Positions 8,547 through 18,998 of a DNA stretch of 64,000 bases are shown here, piece by piece. The notes below the pieces were generated by a model, which saw only the letters and a list, made by a program, of their open reading frames with translations, ran no database searches and was not told where the DNA came from. The stretch spans positions 1,153 through 65,152 of the forward strand of contig JAEUMR010000032.1 in the NCBI GenBank assembly GCA_016791385.1, in the 5' to 3' direction. Every line of letters starts with the position of its first letter. The stretch's first letter is position 1. Both the position numbers and the translations under genes were made by a program. This DNA comes from Hyphomonadaceae bacterium. GTDB lineage: Bacteria; Pseudomonadota; Alphaproteobacteria; Caulobacterales; Aquidulcibacteraceae.

Positions 8547-9857
8547 ATGTCGTTGCAGTATGAGCGCATTCCCGCCCCGGTGCCGGGCTTTTGGACAGGC
8601 GAAAGTCGCGTTCGCCTTCGCACCCTGATCCTGCTGCGTTGGCTGGCGATTGGAGGCCAAACGGTCGCGGTGCTGTTCGTACGCTACGGGCTCGACGTCG
8701 ATTTTCCGTTGTTATGGGCGCTCAGCGCGATCTGCATCTCGATCGCGCTCAATTTGGCGCTGATGGCGGCGCGGCCTTCGCAGGAACTGGCGCGCGAATG
8801 GGAAGCAGCCGGACAACTTACGTACGACGTGATCCAACTCGCCGTGCTGCTCGCGCTGACGGGCGGCTTGCAGAACCCGTTCGTATTTTTGTTCATCGCG
8901 CCCGTTGCGGTGTCAGCCACGATTCTGCGCCCCGCAGTCACGGCGATGCTGGCGGCGCTCACCTTTGTTTGCGTCGGTGCGCTCTCGGTGTTGCGCTTTC
9001 CGCTGCCTTGGCCTGACGGGGGCAGTTTCGATCTGCCGCCTCTGTACCAAATGGGTATAGCCGCGGCGGTGCTGGTTGGCCTCGGCTTCACGAGCGTCTA
9101 TGCGTGGCGTGTCGCTGCTGAGGAGGAGCGCCTCAACATTGCGCTCGCCGCCGTGCAGGCTGTGCTTGCGCGCGAACAGACACTCTCCGCCCTCGGCGGG
9201 CTCGCCGCTGCGGCCGCGCATGAACTCGGCACGCCGCTCGCCACCATTCACCTCGTCGCCAAGGAAATGTTGCGCGCCTCTCCACCGGACGATCCGCGCG
9301 CGGAAGACCTGCAGCTGCTGGTCACGCAAAGCGAACGCTGCCGCTCGATTCTCGGACAGCTCTCCGCCCGGCGCGAACAAGGCGATGTGATGCTTCAGCG
9401 CGCGCCGATCCGTTCGATGCTGGAAGAGATCGCCAATCCCCACGAAGGGCTCGGACCTGAGATCATCATCACCGCCTCAGGCGATGGACCCTTGGAAGTC
9501 CGGCGTATGCCTGAGATTGTCCATTCGCTGGGCGGCATCGTTGAGAACGCCGTCGGCTTTGCGCAGACAAAGGTGGAGTTCGAGGCCCGCTGGGATCAAA
9601 ATCAGGTCGAGATCAGCGTCCGCGACGATGGACCGGGATTTGCGCCCGCAGTGCTTAACCGATTAGGCGAACCTTACCTCACCGAGCGCGATCGTGAGGG
9701 AATGGCGGGCGGCCTGGGGCTTGGCTTCTTCATCGCCAAGACTCTTCTGGAGCGAACCGGCGCGAAGCTGGAGGTCCGCAACCGGCGGCAGCCTGAGCAA
9801 GGCGCTGTGGTTAAGGCTATTTGGCAGCGAAACGCCATTGAAGCGCCAGCGCTTTGA
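8547..9857 (+). CDS. regB: RegB/ActS/PrrB redox sensor histidine kinase
   Basis: LTGGLQNPF quinone motif, AAAAAHELGTPL H-box, ERCRSIL redox Cys, DDGPGF, GLGLG. Confidence 0.95.
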   Translation: MSLQYERIPAPVPGFWTGESRVRLRTLILLRWLAIGGQTVAVLFVRYGLDVDFPLLWALSAICISIALNLALMAARPSQELAREWEAAGQLTYDVIQLAVLLALTGGLQNPFVFLFIAPVAVSATILRPAVTAMLAALTFVCVGALSVLRFPLPWPDGGSFDLPPLYQMGIAAAVLVGLGFTSVYAWRVAAEEERLNIALAAVQAVLAREQTLSALGGLAAAAAHELGTPLATIHLVAKEMLRASPPDDPRAEDLQLLVTQSERCRSILGQLSARREQGDVMLQRAPIRSMLEEIANPHEGLGPEIIITASGDGPLEVRRMPEIVHSLGGIVENAVGFAQTKVEFEARWDQNQVEISVRDDGPGFAPAVLNRLGEPYLTERDREGMAGGLGLGFFIAKTLLERTGAKLEVRNRRQPEQGAVVKAIWQRNAIEAPAL

Positions 9858-9903
9858 TTCAGTGCAATTCGGACTAAATAGAGATATTAGAGAAGCTGAA
9901 CCG

Positions 9904-10452
9904 ATGAATACTGCAGCAGCGCCGGAAGGCGAGAAATCCCTCCTGATCCTCGATGACGATGCCGCCTTCCGCACGCGCTTGGCGCGCGCGCTGGAAAGCC
10001 GCGGCTTCGAGGTCACCGCCGTCGGCACGGTGGCGGAAGCGTCCGACATCGCGGCGAAAGCGCCGCCGGCTTACGCGGTGCTCGATCTGCGGCTGGAAGA
10101 TGGCTCCGGACTCTCGGTCGTCGAAGCGCTTAAGAAGCACCGTCCCGAGGGCCGCGTGGTGATGCTGACAGGCTATGGCGCGATCGCCACCGCAGTCGCC
10201 GCCGTGAAGGCGGGCGCGCTCGATTATCTCGCCAAGCCGGCCGATCCCGAAGACATCGTGAAAGCCTTGCTGGCGGAGCCGGACGCAACGCCGGAACCGC
10301 CTGAGAACCCGATGTCCGCCGACCGTATCCGCTGGGAGCACATCCAGCGCGTCTACGAACTTTGCGGCCACAATGTCAGCGAAACGGCGCGGCGCCTGAA
10401 CATGCACCGCCGCACGCTGCAACGCATCCTGGCCAAGCGCGCGCCGCGCTAA
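9904..10452 (+). CDS. regA: RegA/ActR/PrrA response regulator
   Basis: PMSADRIRWEHIQRVYELCGHNVSETARRLNMHRRTLQRILAKRAPR. Confidence 0.97.
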   Translation: MNTAAAPEGEKSLLILDDDAAFRTRLARALESRGFEVTAVGTVAEASDIAAKAPPAYAVLDLRLEDGSGLSVVEALKKHRPEGRVVMLTGYGAIATAVAAVKAGALDYLAKPADPEDIVKALLAEPDATPEPPENPMSADRIRWEHIQRVYELCGHNVSETARRLNMHRRTLQRILAKRAPR

Positions 10453-11555
10453 GCAGCTCTGCGCTTAGGCAGCCGTATCCGTTCGAGCGGCGCGAACAGC
10501 AGCCCCAACGCAACCGTGAGCGCGATGGCGGCAAGCCACACAAGGTAGTTGCTTAGGCCAAGCTGGTCGCCCGCTAGCGACATCAGCGAATAGCCCGCGC
10601 CCTGCCAGAGATAGATGGAATAGCCGGCGCTGATGAACGGCTTCAGCAGGGGCGAGCGCGCCATCGCCTCGATCTGCGCGCCGGTGATGAAGCGCACGGC
10701 GATCAAGAACAGCGCCATCCACGCACACGAGAACAGGAAGAACATCGCGTTCGGCGGGAACTTGTTGTGCTGCATGTCGAGCGAGACTTGCCCCGGCAGC
10801 GCCAGCTTGGCGGCGGCCATTCCGGCGAGCGCGAGCACAAGCAGCACCGCATAATCGCCAATGCTCCAGCGCCGCGGCGATGCCGCGAGCATGAAGCCAA
10901 ACACGGCCCAGAATGCATAAAACACGGCGTTCTTGATCAAGCCGTCGACGCCGGGCGCGAAGCTCAGTTGGCCAAGGCCGAGGATCGCGAGCCCGCCCAG
11001 CACCGCCAGCATCCATGGCTTCATGAAGCCCGGCGCGCGCACCGCGATGAACGGCAGAAGCGCGGTGACCAGCAAGAACGGCCCAACAAACCACAGGTGC
11101 CAGCTGAGCATCTTCCAAGTGTGCCCGCCCCCGCCATATTGCAGCGGGTTGATCCAAGCGACGATGCGGGCTGCGATCTCCGCGAGCGTGATGTTTCCAT
11201 CCCAGCGGACAGCCGTCACGATCGCCGCAGCAACCAGCACATAGGCCAGGTACGGCAGATAGATGCGCACGCCCCGGCGCAGCAGGAAGTCGAAATAGGC
11301 GCCGGGCTGCAGTCGCCCCCGCTTGGCCCCTTCGCCGAGAAAATACGCCGCCCCCGTGATCATGAACACGGGCGGCATTTCGAACAGGAACAGCGAGGCA
11401 GGCCCAGTCGGGGCCAGCCGCAGCCAGAAGACGCCGTGCACCGCGACGATGATCCACGCCATCAGCAGGCCGCGCGCAACGTCGAGGCCGACATTGCGCT
11501 GCGGCGTTTGCTGCGCGCTCAGTAGATCAGGTGCTTGGCTCGCTCTTTGATCCAT
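10449..11555 (-). CDS. Acyltransferase family 3 membrane protein
   Basis: RNVGLDVARG..H, MPPVFMITG, RRGVRIYLPY, HLWFV, YSIYLWQ; start uncertain. Confidence 0.8.
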   Translation of the reverse strand: MDQRASQAPDLLSAQQTPQRNVGLDVARGLLMAWIIVAVHGVFWLRLAPTGPASLFLFEMPPVFMITGAAYFLGEGAKRGRLQPGAYFDFLLRRGVRIYLPYLAYVLVAAAIVTAVRWDGNITLAEIAARIVAWINPLQYGGGGHTWKMLSWHLWFVGPFLLVTALLPFIAVRAPGFMKPWMLAVLGGLAILGLGQLSFAPGVDGLIKNAVFYAFWAVFGFMLAASPRRWSIGDYAVLLVLALAGMAAAKLALPGQVSLDMQHNKFPPNAMFFLFSCAWMALFLIAVRFITGAQIEAMARSPLLKPFISAGYSIYLWQGAGYSLMSLAGDQLGLSNYLVWLAAIALTVALGLLFAPLERIRLPKRRAA

Positions 11556-12724
11556 GCCTGCTCGTCCGGAACGGTGATGGCGTCGAGATCGCTCGGCGCT
11601 GCGTTTGCGTCGTCCACCCACTCGCGCAGCAAGGACGAGCCATTGATCACGTCGATCGGCAGCTTGCCGAACGCATACTCGTACGGGAAATCGCGCCACA
11701 AATCGTAGGATGGATAGAGCCGGCGGATTGCCTTGAAGCCAAGCGCTTGTACGCGCCAAGGCATGAAGGCGTTGTGATCGTAATGTGTCGGATCCTCGAC
11801 ATGGATCTGCACGCCGCTGCAGAGCTGCTTCACGTGCTTGTGGAACGTCGGCTCAAACCAGCACTCGCGCAGCACGCAGCCCTTGAGCCAATGCGGCGCC
11901 AGACGGCGCATCTCGGCGATCACCGCGCGCGCGTCAATGTCCGGAGCGCCGAACAATTCGAGCGGGCGCGTCGTGCCGCGCCCTTCGCTCAGCGTCGCGC
12001 CCTCGAGCATCACCGTGCCCGCATAGGCGCGCGCCATCCATAGATTGGGCGCGTTGGGCGAAGGATTGACCCAGGTACGTTCGCCGATCGGCCAGCCATA
12101 GCCCGGCGCATCGTCGGGCCTGTAGCCCTCCATGGCGATCACCCGATACGGCACATCGAGTTTGAAATGCTCGATGAACCAATGCCCGAGTTCGCCGAGC
12201 GTCAGCCCATGGCGCATCGGCATCGGCCCCGCGCCGACGAAGCTTTCCCAACCGGGGCGCAAGGTGAGCCCTTCAACCGGCCGGCCAGCGGGATTGGGCC
12301 GATCCAGCACCCACACTTCCTTGCCGTGCTCCGCCGCCGCTTCGAGCATGTAAAGCAGCGTCGTGATGAAGGTGTAGATGCGGCAGCCCAAGTCCTGCAG
12401 ATCGATCAGTACGACGTCGAACGTCGACATCATCTGCCCGCTCGGACGGCGCACTTCGCCGTAGAGCGAGAACACCGGAATGCCGTGCAGCGGATCGGTG
12501 TAGTCCGCGCTCTCGACCATATTGTCCTGCTTCTCGCCGCGCATGCCGTGCTGCGGACCGAAAGCCGCCGTCACGCGTACGTCGCCGCAAGCCATCAGCG
12601 CATCCAGCGAATGCGTCAGATCGCGCGTGACCGAAGCAGGATGGGCGACCAGCGCCACGCGCTTGCCCGTCAGCGGCGCGCGCAGGCTCGCATCCTCCAA
12701 CAGCCGCTCAATGCCGAATTTCAT
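11519..12724 (-). CDS. Exo-beta-N-acetylmuramidase NamZ (DUF1343) family
   Basis: FGPQHG, SLYG, DLQDLGCRIYTF, LDRPNP, RHGLTLGE, PSPN, SEGRGTTRP. Confidence 0.92.
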   Translation of the reverse strand: MKFGIERLLEDASLRAPLTGKRVALVAHPASVTRDLTHSLDALMACGDVRVTAAFGPQHGMRGEKQDNMVESADYTDPLHGIPVFSLYGEVRRPSGQMMSTFDVVLIDLQDLGCRIYTFITTLLYMLEAAAEHGKEVWVLDRPNPAGRPVEGLTLRPGWESFVGAGPMPMRHGLTLGELGHWFIEHFKLDVPYRVIAMEGYRPDDAPGYGWPIGERTWVNPSPNAPNLWMARAYAGTVMLEGATLSEGRGTTRPLELFGAPDIDARAVIAEMRRLAPHWLKGCVLRECWFEPTFHKHVKQLCSGVQIHVEDPTHYDHNAFMPWRVQALGFKAIRRLYPSYDLWRDFPYEYAFGKLPIDVINGSSLLREWVDDANAAPSDLDAITVPDEQAWIKERAKHLIY

Positions 12725-13233
12725 GCGAGCTCCAACGCAAAACCATCCACGTGGTGGAAGTCCGGATTGCCGGGCGGATGCTTCAGCGCCCAGTACGACT
12801 TCGCCCCGTTCGTTTCTTCAATCACCGCCGTCAGCGCCACGCGCCAACGCCCACTTTCGGCGGGCGGCACAGCGGCTGCGAGTTCATACCAATCCTCGTC
12901 CGCCTCGGTCTCGATCGTGATCGCGCCGATCTGAAGCGCGCGCATGCCAGCGCGGTAACCGTCGAACGCGTACGCCGCCCAGCGGGTCGAAGGGGAAAGA
13001 TTGAACTCGCAATAATCCTCGCCGCCGCCGCGCACGAACGCCTCAAAGCAAGTGTGCTTCCACAACTCGTCCGCGCGCTCCGGATAGGCCGGCGCCGGCA
13101 CGAGCACATCGGCGATCCGCCCGATCGCGCGATAGCGCAAGCGAAGCAGCGGCCCCTCGCGCTCGGCCTCGACAGCGATGGCGGACAGCGCCGCGCAGGG
13201 CGTTTCGGGATGAGGGCAGAGCTGAACCAGCAT
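12721..13233 (-). CDS. DOMON-like domain protein
   Basis: RADELWKHTCFEAF...EFNLSPS...SYWALKHPPGNPDFH. Confidence 0.85.
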   Translation of the reverse strand: MLVQLCPHPETPCAALSAIAVEAEREGPLLRLRYRAIGRIADVLVPAPAYPERADELWKHTCFEAFVRGGGEDYCEFNLSPSTRWAAYAFDGYRAGMRALQIGAITIETEADEDWYELAAAVPPAESGRWRVALTAVIEETNGAKSYWALKHPPGNPDFHHVDGFALELA

Positions 13234-13470
13234 CGGACTCACTTGTGGGGCGGCCCAGCTTAACACTCTGCTGCCGCCGCGAGCGCCCGCTTGACGGGCC
13301 CCCGCCCGCTCCGTAGCAAACCGCCCGATGCCGCACACCGCGCTCCACCGCCAGAGCTATTGCCGCCCGCTCTTCTAGCGGGCCCGCGACAGCACGCCCG
13401 CGTTTCCGCCGGGATGTGCGCTCGACAAAGGCAGCCTCCCGGCCTCAAAAGTCCGCCAGGAGTCCCTCCC

Positions 13471-14727
13471 TTGACCAGCGAAGCCAAAGCCCAATCCGCC
13501 TTCCTCCGCGATGTGATCGCGCGCGGCCAGTTTCACCAATGCACCGATCTCGACGGCCTCGATAAAGCCGCCGTGGCGGGGGTGACCGGCTATATCGGCT
13601 TCGATATGACGGCACCGAGCCTGCATGTCGGCAACCTCACCCAGATCATGTATCTGCGCCGGCTGCAGCAGGCGGGCGGCAAGCCGATCGTGCTGCTCGG
13701 CGGGGGCACCACGCGCGTGGGCGATCCCTCCGGCAAGGAGGAGATGCGCCAGCTGCTCTCCGAGGAGCAGATCGAGAAAAACACCGTCTCGATCCGCGGC
13801 ACGTTCGAGAAGTTCCTGAGCTTCGGCGCGGGCAAGAGCGACGCCATTCTGGTCGACAATTCCGAGTGGCTCCTGAAGCTCAACTATCTCGACTTCCTGC
13901 GTACGGTGGGCCGGCACATGTCGGTCAACCGCATGCTGACGATGGACAGCGTGAAGCTCCGCCTCGAGCGCGAACAGCCGATGAGCTTCATCGAGTTCAA
14001 TTACATGATCCTGCAGGCCTACGATTTCGTGGAACTGCACCGCCGCTATGGCTGCAAGCTGCAGATGGGCGGCTCCGATCAATGGGGCAACATCGTCAAT
14101 GGCGTCGAACTCGGCCGACGCATGGATGGGGTCGAATTGTTCGGCTTGACCCAGCCGCTGATCACCACCGCGAGCGGGGCCAAGATGGGCAAGACGGCGC
14201 AAGGCGCGGTCTGGCTCAACGGCGACATGCTGAGCCCGTTCGAATATTGGCAGTACTGGCGCAACGCCGAAGACGCCGATGTCGGCCGCTTCCTGAAGAT
14301 ATTCACCGATCTGCCGCTCGATGAAATCGCGCGCCTCGAAGCGCTGCGGGGCGCGGAGATCAACGACGCCAAGAAAGTGCTCGCCACGGAAGCAACCGCG
14401 CTGCTGCACGGGCGCGAGGAAGCGCGCAAAGCCGAAGACGCCGCGCGCGCCACCTTCGAGCAAGGCGCACGCAGCGAGAATCTGCCGACCTTCATCATCA
14501 GCCGCGTCGAGTTCGACCAAGGCCTGCGCGTGGCGAACGCACTGGTGCTGGCCAAGCTGGTGCAATCGAATGGCGAAGGGAAGCGCGCCATCGCCGGCAA
14601 ATCCGTGAGCGTCAATGACGCCCCGGTGACGGAGGAGACCGCGGCTTTGAGCGCGGCCGACCTCGTAGACGGGGCGATCAAGCTCTCATTCGGCAAGAAG
14701 AAGCACGCGCTGCTGCGCGTCGAATAG
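13471..14727 (+). CDS. tyrS: Tyrosine--tRNA ligase
   Basis: [28 protein letters not shown]-terminal S4 domain; probable TTG start. Confidence 0.97.
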   Translation: MTSEAKAQSAFLRDVIARGQFHQCTDLDGLDKAAVAGVTGYIGFDMTAPSLHVGNLTQIMYLRRLQQAGGKPIVLLGGGTTRVGDPSGKEEMRQLLSEEQIEKNTVSIRGTFEKFLSFGAGKSDAILVDNSEWLLKLNYLDFLRTVGRHMSVNRMLTMDSVKLRLEREQPMSFIEFNYMILQAYDFVELHRRYGCKLQMGGSDQWGNIVNGVELGRRMDGVELFGLTQPLITTASGAKMGKTAQGAVWLNGDMLSPFEYWQYWRNAEDADVGRFLKIFTDLPLDEIARLEALRGAEINDAKKVLATEATALLHGREEARKAEDAARATFEQGARSENLPTFIISRVEFDQGLRVANALVLAKLVQSNGEGKRAIAGKSVSVNDAPVTEETAALSAADLVDGAIKLSFGKKKHALLRVE

Positions 14728-14729
14728 CG

Positions 14730-17700
14730 CTAGCGCCCGGCGGCGTCCTGCTGTGGCGGCTGTTCGCGCTCCTCGCTGCTTTCGTTCGCCGGCGGCGGCG
14801 GATCGATGGGCGCGAGCGCATGCGAGCCTCCGCCATTGTTGTCACGCTGCACCGGTTCGAAGATACGCCGCAGGATGCCGGGCGTCAGCGCCGAAACCGG
14901 ATTGACGCCAACGCGTGGTTGGCCCGCGGGCCCGTTGATCGAGTAGGTCATGCCGAACACGCCCTCGCCGCGGCGCGACACGAGCAGATCGCCGATCAAC
15001 GGCACTTCGCCGAGCAAAGACAGGTTAAGGCCCGGCGACGGCGCGATGACGCCGTCGATATCGAGGTTGTCGCGCTCAAGATTGTAAGCGCCCGCGCCAG
15101 TGAGCCCGAGCGAAGGCCCGGCCATGCGCCCTTCGGTGAAAGTCAGGCGGTCGTTGGCGTAGCTCATTTCCGCGTCGAGCGCGTTGAAGCCGATGCCATC
15201 GCCATTCAGCATCTCGACCAGGCCCGTCAACGAACCGGCCGACGACAGCAGCCGCGCCATTGCCGGCAGGCGTACGACCTGGAAGTTGCGCAGGCGCACA
15301 TTGAACCGCGCGCGGCTGGGCAGTCCCGCCCGCCAATCGCCGTCCGCTGAAGCAGTGCCGCCCACGACATTGTCGGCGCCCGTGATCGCGGCGACGGCGA
15401 AGCCGCCATCGTCCGAGCGCAGCTGCAGCCGGCCTGGCGCGTCCGGCGGATTGATCAGCAGCGAGAACGCGCCGCCAGAAGGCGCCCGGCCCTCCGCCGA
15501 TAAACGCTGGATCGCGCCCCGATCTGTGTGCAGCGTGACCTGCGCGTTGCTGAGCGTTGCGCCGCCGCGCATCTTCAAGCGGTCGACAACGACCGATGCG
15601 CGTAGCGGCGGATCTGCGGCGGTTGGCTGAATCGCCGTGGCGGGGCGGTCATCATGCGACGAGCCCATAAAGGGCGCCGCATCAAACAGAGCCCCACGAA
15701 CATTCACATCGAGGCCGTTATCGGCAGCGCGCGTGGCGGTCAGGCGCGCATCGGAGCGGCCCTCCAGCACCAGACGCGGCAGTTCCACTTCCATGATGCG
15801 CTCGCCGCGGTCGAGGCGCATGCGGCCCTGCGCGTAAATGCCGGCGCCGCGCGCCTCGATGTTGTCGAGCGCCAGGCTTCCGTCACGCTGGCGTTCGACA
15901 TCGAGTTGCAACGACGCTGTCTGGCCTGCGCGCTTATTCCAGAACGCCCACGGATCGGTCACCGCCGCGTGCGTGAGATCGATATCAAGGTGCGCGTTAT
16001 CGACATCAAAACCGCGGCCTTGGCCTGTGATCGTCACGCCCACACGGCCGCGCGCGTAGCGTGCGACGCTGTAGCCGAGGCGCTCCAGATCGTCGGCATC
16101 GAAATCCCCAGATATTTGGTACTCGGACGATGCGCGGCCGGGCCGGCCGATGTGCTCGGTCCAGCGCACTTCGTCGATCGCCGAAGCGCCCGCCCGGATC
16201 GGGCCGCTCACCACAATGGCGTTCTGATCGCCGCGCACCTGCAGCTGCCCCTGGCTCAGCGCAACGCGCCGCGTGCTCATATTGCCGGCAAAATCGCGCA
16301 CCATGCCGTCGATGCTGAAGCGCCAATCCTCAAACGGAACCTCGCCCAGCATCGGCCGCTGCAGGCGCAAGTTCACCGCGCCCCGGCCGGACGCCGTTGC
16401 GATATCGACGGGCAGGCGCTCGTCGAGATTGAGCGGCTCCTGCGCCAGCACCTCGAGGATGTTGCGCGCATTGCCTTCAACGCGTGCGCTGATCGTCGCC
16501 ATCGCGCCTTTGGGCTTGAATTGCGGCAGCTCCACGCGGCCGTTGCTGATGACGAGACCGTTGATGCGCGCGTCCGGGACGGTAATCTCGAAGCTGTTGC
16601 CGCGCAGGATGCCGGCGCCACGCGCGGCGGTTACCGGCGACATCGTCGACAGGAAGCGCATCTCGCCGCCTGTCACGTTGAAGCGCACGTCGACAGCCTC
16701 GTTGCGGAATTGGCCGGCGGCAAAGTCGCTGGGGCGAATGTCGAGGCGCGCGACCGTGTCCGTCACGCGTCCGGCCAGAAGCGTGCGGTCGAGGAATGAG
16801 CGCGCGCCTTCACCAAGCCCCATCGGCCATACCGCTGTGACCGTGCGCGCATCCAACGTGCCATCGATCTGCGCCTGAAGCTCGATGCCGGGGCGCATGC
16901 GCCGCGCGGCGCCGGCGCCAGCCTCGGCCCAATAGAGCCGGCCTGCGCCATGAATGCGGGCATCGCCGGTTTGCGCATCGATGGTGGTGAAGCGCACGCT
17001 CTGTTCACCGGTCGCGATCGCGCCGGCCACACGGACGTTCGAAAACGCAATCGGCGCCGAGAACGTGCCCGGCACGTCGAGCCGCAGCGAAGGCAGGGCG
17101 ATGTCGAATGCGGCCGGCGCGCCGGGCGCGGCGCGCATGATCGCCGAGACATCACGCAGACGCGCCTCGCCGCCGACGCGGGTGCGCCCGCCTGCCAGCG
17201 TAAGCTCATCGATGATGAGTTCGTCGGTATCGATGTCGTAGCGGCCGTGGAAGCGGCCGCCCTCAAGCGTGATCTGGCCATCCGGAAGGTCAGCCGTGCC
17301 GCGCCCAAGCACCGCCTCGCCCTCGAAACGATTGACCCCAGCCTGACGGTCGAGCCCAACCGAAACGGTCATGCTCATGGGCGCATCCAGAGCCCCAAAG
17401 GGCCCGAGCGCGGCCTGCGAGAACAAGGCCCGGGGGCGCACGTCGCGGGCGCCGAACTCGATCACGGCGGATTGGAAGCGGGTGTCGGTGGTGATTCGAA
17501 GGCTGGCCGGCGCAAGCCCCCCGCCCGGCGCCTCAAGACGCGCGTCCCCCACCAAAGCAAGGGCTTGGCCCTGGCGGGCCAGTTCCAGGTTGGCGCCGGA
17601 AGCGCGCCAGCGGCCGCCGCCACGCTCGTCAATGATAGCGAGATCAGCATCGCTAGCCCGGACAGCCCGCAGCGCGCCCCCCGCGCCCACCGGCCGGAAA

Positions 17701-18209
17701 GCGCCCTCAAGGCCGTCGAGGAGCCTGGCCACCCGCTGCTCAAGCGTCTCGTTGGGCGGCGGCGGGGGCAGGATGATATCCGGCGGCGCCCCTTCGGGAC
17801 CGAACGCCACGTGGACCGCGCCGTTGATTTTCTGCGTGAAAGTGATTTCACCGCCGCGGAATTCGGCCCGCTCCAGGCGCACGCGGCCAATCGCCAGCGG
17901 CAGCACGGCGAGTTCGATGCGCGCTTCGTCTGAGCGGGAAAGCACGCCGCCACGGCCGTCCTCGAAGGTGACGCCTACGGCGCGCAACTCAAGCGCCCCG
18001 CGCGAGGCCCAGGCCAATTCGACCCGCTCAATCCCCACCGGCCGGCCCGAGCGCGCCGCGCTCAGTTCGGTCTGCATCTGCTGGCGCAGGAAGCCCAGTT
18101 CGACCGGCCCCTGGCTCAGCCGCCACCACGCGACGCCGACCCCGATCGCGAGCGCCGCGACCAAGCCGAGCAAAATCTCGACGGCAATGAGTGTCGAGCG
18201 GCGTATCAT
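14730..18209 (-). CDS. AsmA-like/YhdP family (DUF3971) envelope protein
   Basis: N-terminal TM then RLSQGPV, long beta-rich body, C-terminal VPLIGDLL...GVFGMTY...VNPVSALTPGILRRIF. Confidence 0.88.
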   Translation of the reverse strand: MIRRSTLIAVEILLGLVAALAIGVGVAWWRLSQGPVELGFLRQQMQTELSAARSGRPVGIERVELAWASRGALELRAVGVTFEDGRGGVLSRSDEARIELAVLPLAIGRVRLERAEFRGGEITFTQKINGAVHVAFGPEGAPPDIILPPPPPNETLEQRVARLLDGLEGAFRPVGAGGALRAVRASDADLAIIDERGGGRWRASGANLELARQGQALALVGDARLEAPGGGLAPASLRITTDTRFQSAVIEFGARDVRPRALFSQAALGPFGALDAPMSMTVSVGLDRQAGVNRFEGEAVLGRGTADLPDGQITLEGGRFHGRYDIDTDELIIDELTLAGGRTRVGGEARLRDVSAIMRAAPGAPAAFDIALPSLRLDVPGTFSAPIAFSNVRVAGAIATGEQSVRFTTIDAQTGDARIHGAGRLYWAEAGAGAARRMRPGIELQAQIDGTLDARTVTAVWPMGLGEGARSFLDRTLLAGRVTDTVARLDIRPSDFAAGQFRNEAVDVRFNVTGGEMRFLSTMSPVTAARGAGILRGNSFEITVPDARINGLVISNGRVELPQFKPKGAMATISARVEGNARNILEVLAQEPLNLDERLPVDIATASGRGAVNLRLQRPMLGEVPFEDWRFSIDGMVRDFAGNMSTRRVALSQGQLQVRGDQNAIVVSGPIRAGASAIDEVRWTEHIGRPGRASSEYQISGDFDADDLERLGYSVARYARGRVGVTITGQGRGFDVDNAHLDIDLTHAAVTDPWAFWNKRAGQTASLQLDVERQRDGSLALDNIEARGAGIYAQGRMRLDRGERIMEVELPRLVLEGRSDARLTATRAADNGLDVNVRGALFDAAPFMGSSHDDRPATAIQPTAADPPLRASVVVDRLKMRGGATLSNAQVTLHTDRGAIQRLSAEGRAPSGGAFSLLINPPDAPGRLQLRSDDGGFAVAAITGADNVVGGTASADGDWRAGLPSRARFNVRLRNFQVVRLPAMARLLSSAGSLTGLVEMLNGDGIGFNALDAEMSYANDRLTFTEGRMAGPSLGLTGAGAYNLERDNLDIDGVIAPSPGLNLSLLGEVPLIGDLLVSRRGEGVFGMTYSINGPAGQPRVGVNPVSALTPGILRRIFEPVQRDNNGGGSHALAPIDPPPPANESSEEREQPPQQDAAGR

Positions 18210-18341
18210 CGCCGGGTCTCCGCCGCCCCTCTCACGCTTTTTCTAGCGGAAAGTCCGGTTTCGAAGCAAAGCATGACGCCAGTATCGCTGCACAGCGGCT
18301 TCGCCGGCGCAGTGCATCGCGCAGCTGCACGGAGCTCCGAA

Positions 18342-18821
18342 ATGCCGAAAGTCCTCAAACCTGGCGACCCCGCACCCCCGTTTGATCTGCCGACGGCCGG
18401 GGGCGGACGCGTCAGCTTGGCCAAGCTCAAAGGCCGCCGGGTCGTGCTCTACTTCTACCCGAAGGACGACACACCCGGTTGTACCCAAGAAGCTCTAAAC
18501 TTCACTGAAAAGGCGAAGGCTTTCGCAGCTGCGGCAACGACCGTTGTCGGCGTTTCGCGCGACAGTCCCGCCAAGCATGACAAGTTCGCCGCCAAGCACG
18601 GCCTCAAAGTGACGCTGGCCTCGGACGAGGATGGCGCTGTCTGTGAGGCCTATGGCGTTTGGGTGGAGAAAACCCTCTACGGCCGCAGCTACATGGGTGT
18701 GGAAAGGGCGACCTTCCTGGTCGATCCAAAGGGAAAGATCGCGCGCGTTTGGCGCAAGGTGAAAGTGCCCGGACATGTGGAAGACGTGCTGCAAGAAGTT
18801 AACGGCTCAAGCACGGCCTAA
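18342..18821 (+). CDS. bcp: Peroxiredoxin Bcp
   Basis: VVLYFYPKDDTPGCTQEA, YMGVERATF. Confidence 0.93.
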   Translation: MPKVLKPGDPAPPFDLPTAGGGRVSLAKLKGRRVVLYFYPKDDTPGCTQEALNFTEKAKAFAAAATTVVGVSRDSPAKHDKFAAKHGLKVTLASDEDGAVCEAYGVWVEKTLYGRSYMGVERATFLVDPKGKIARVWRKVKVPGHVEDVLQEVNGSSTA

Positions 18822-18998
18822 TCGCGGCTTTACTTGGTAAATGCCGACTTTGGCGCGTTTTTCGCAGTTATCTTGTTAAGATACCTGAAATTCTTGTAAA
18901 CGGCGCAGTGCGCCTGTTGCAATTCAGGACCGTTTCAGGTTGGATCACCGACGGCGGGGCTTACGCAATTTTGTTCGGTTAATGGGCGGTGGCGGACC

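Noticed and set aside
18246-18262. GGAAAGTCCGG resembling the RNase P RNA 5' signature
   Set aside because: No matching 3' conserved region and no room between the asmA-like gene and bcp.
18822-18998. Possible CtrA sites upstream of the M23-bactofilin operon
   Set aside because: Only TTAA half-sites; no TTAA-N7-TTAA.
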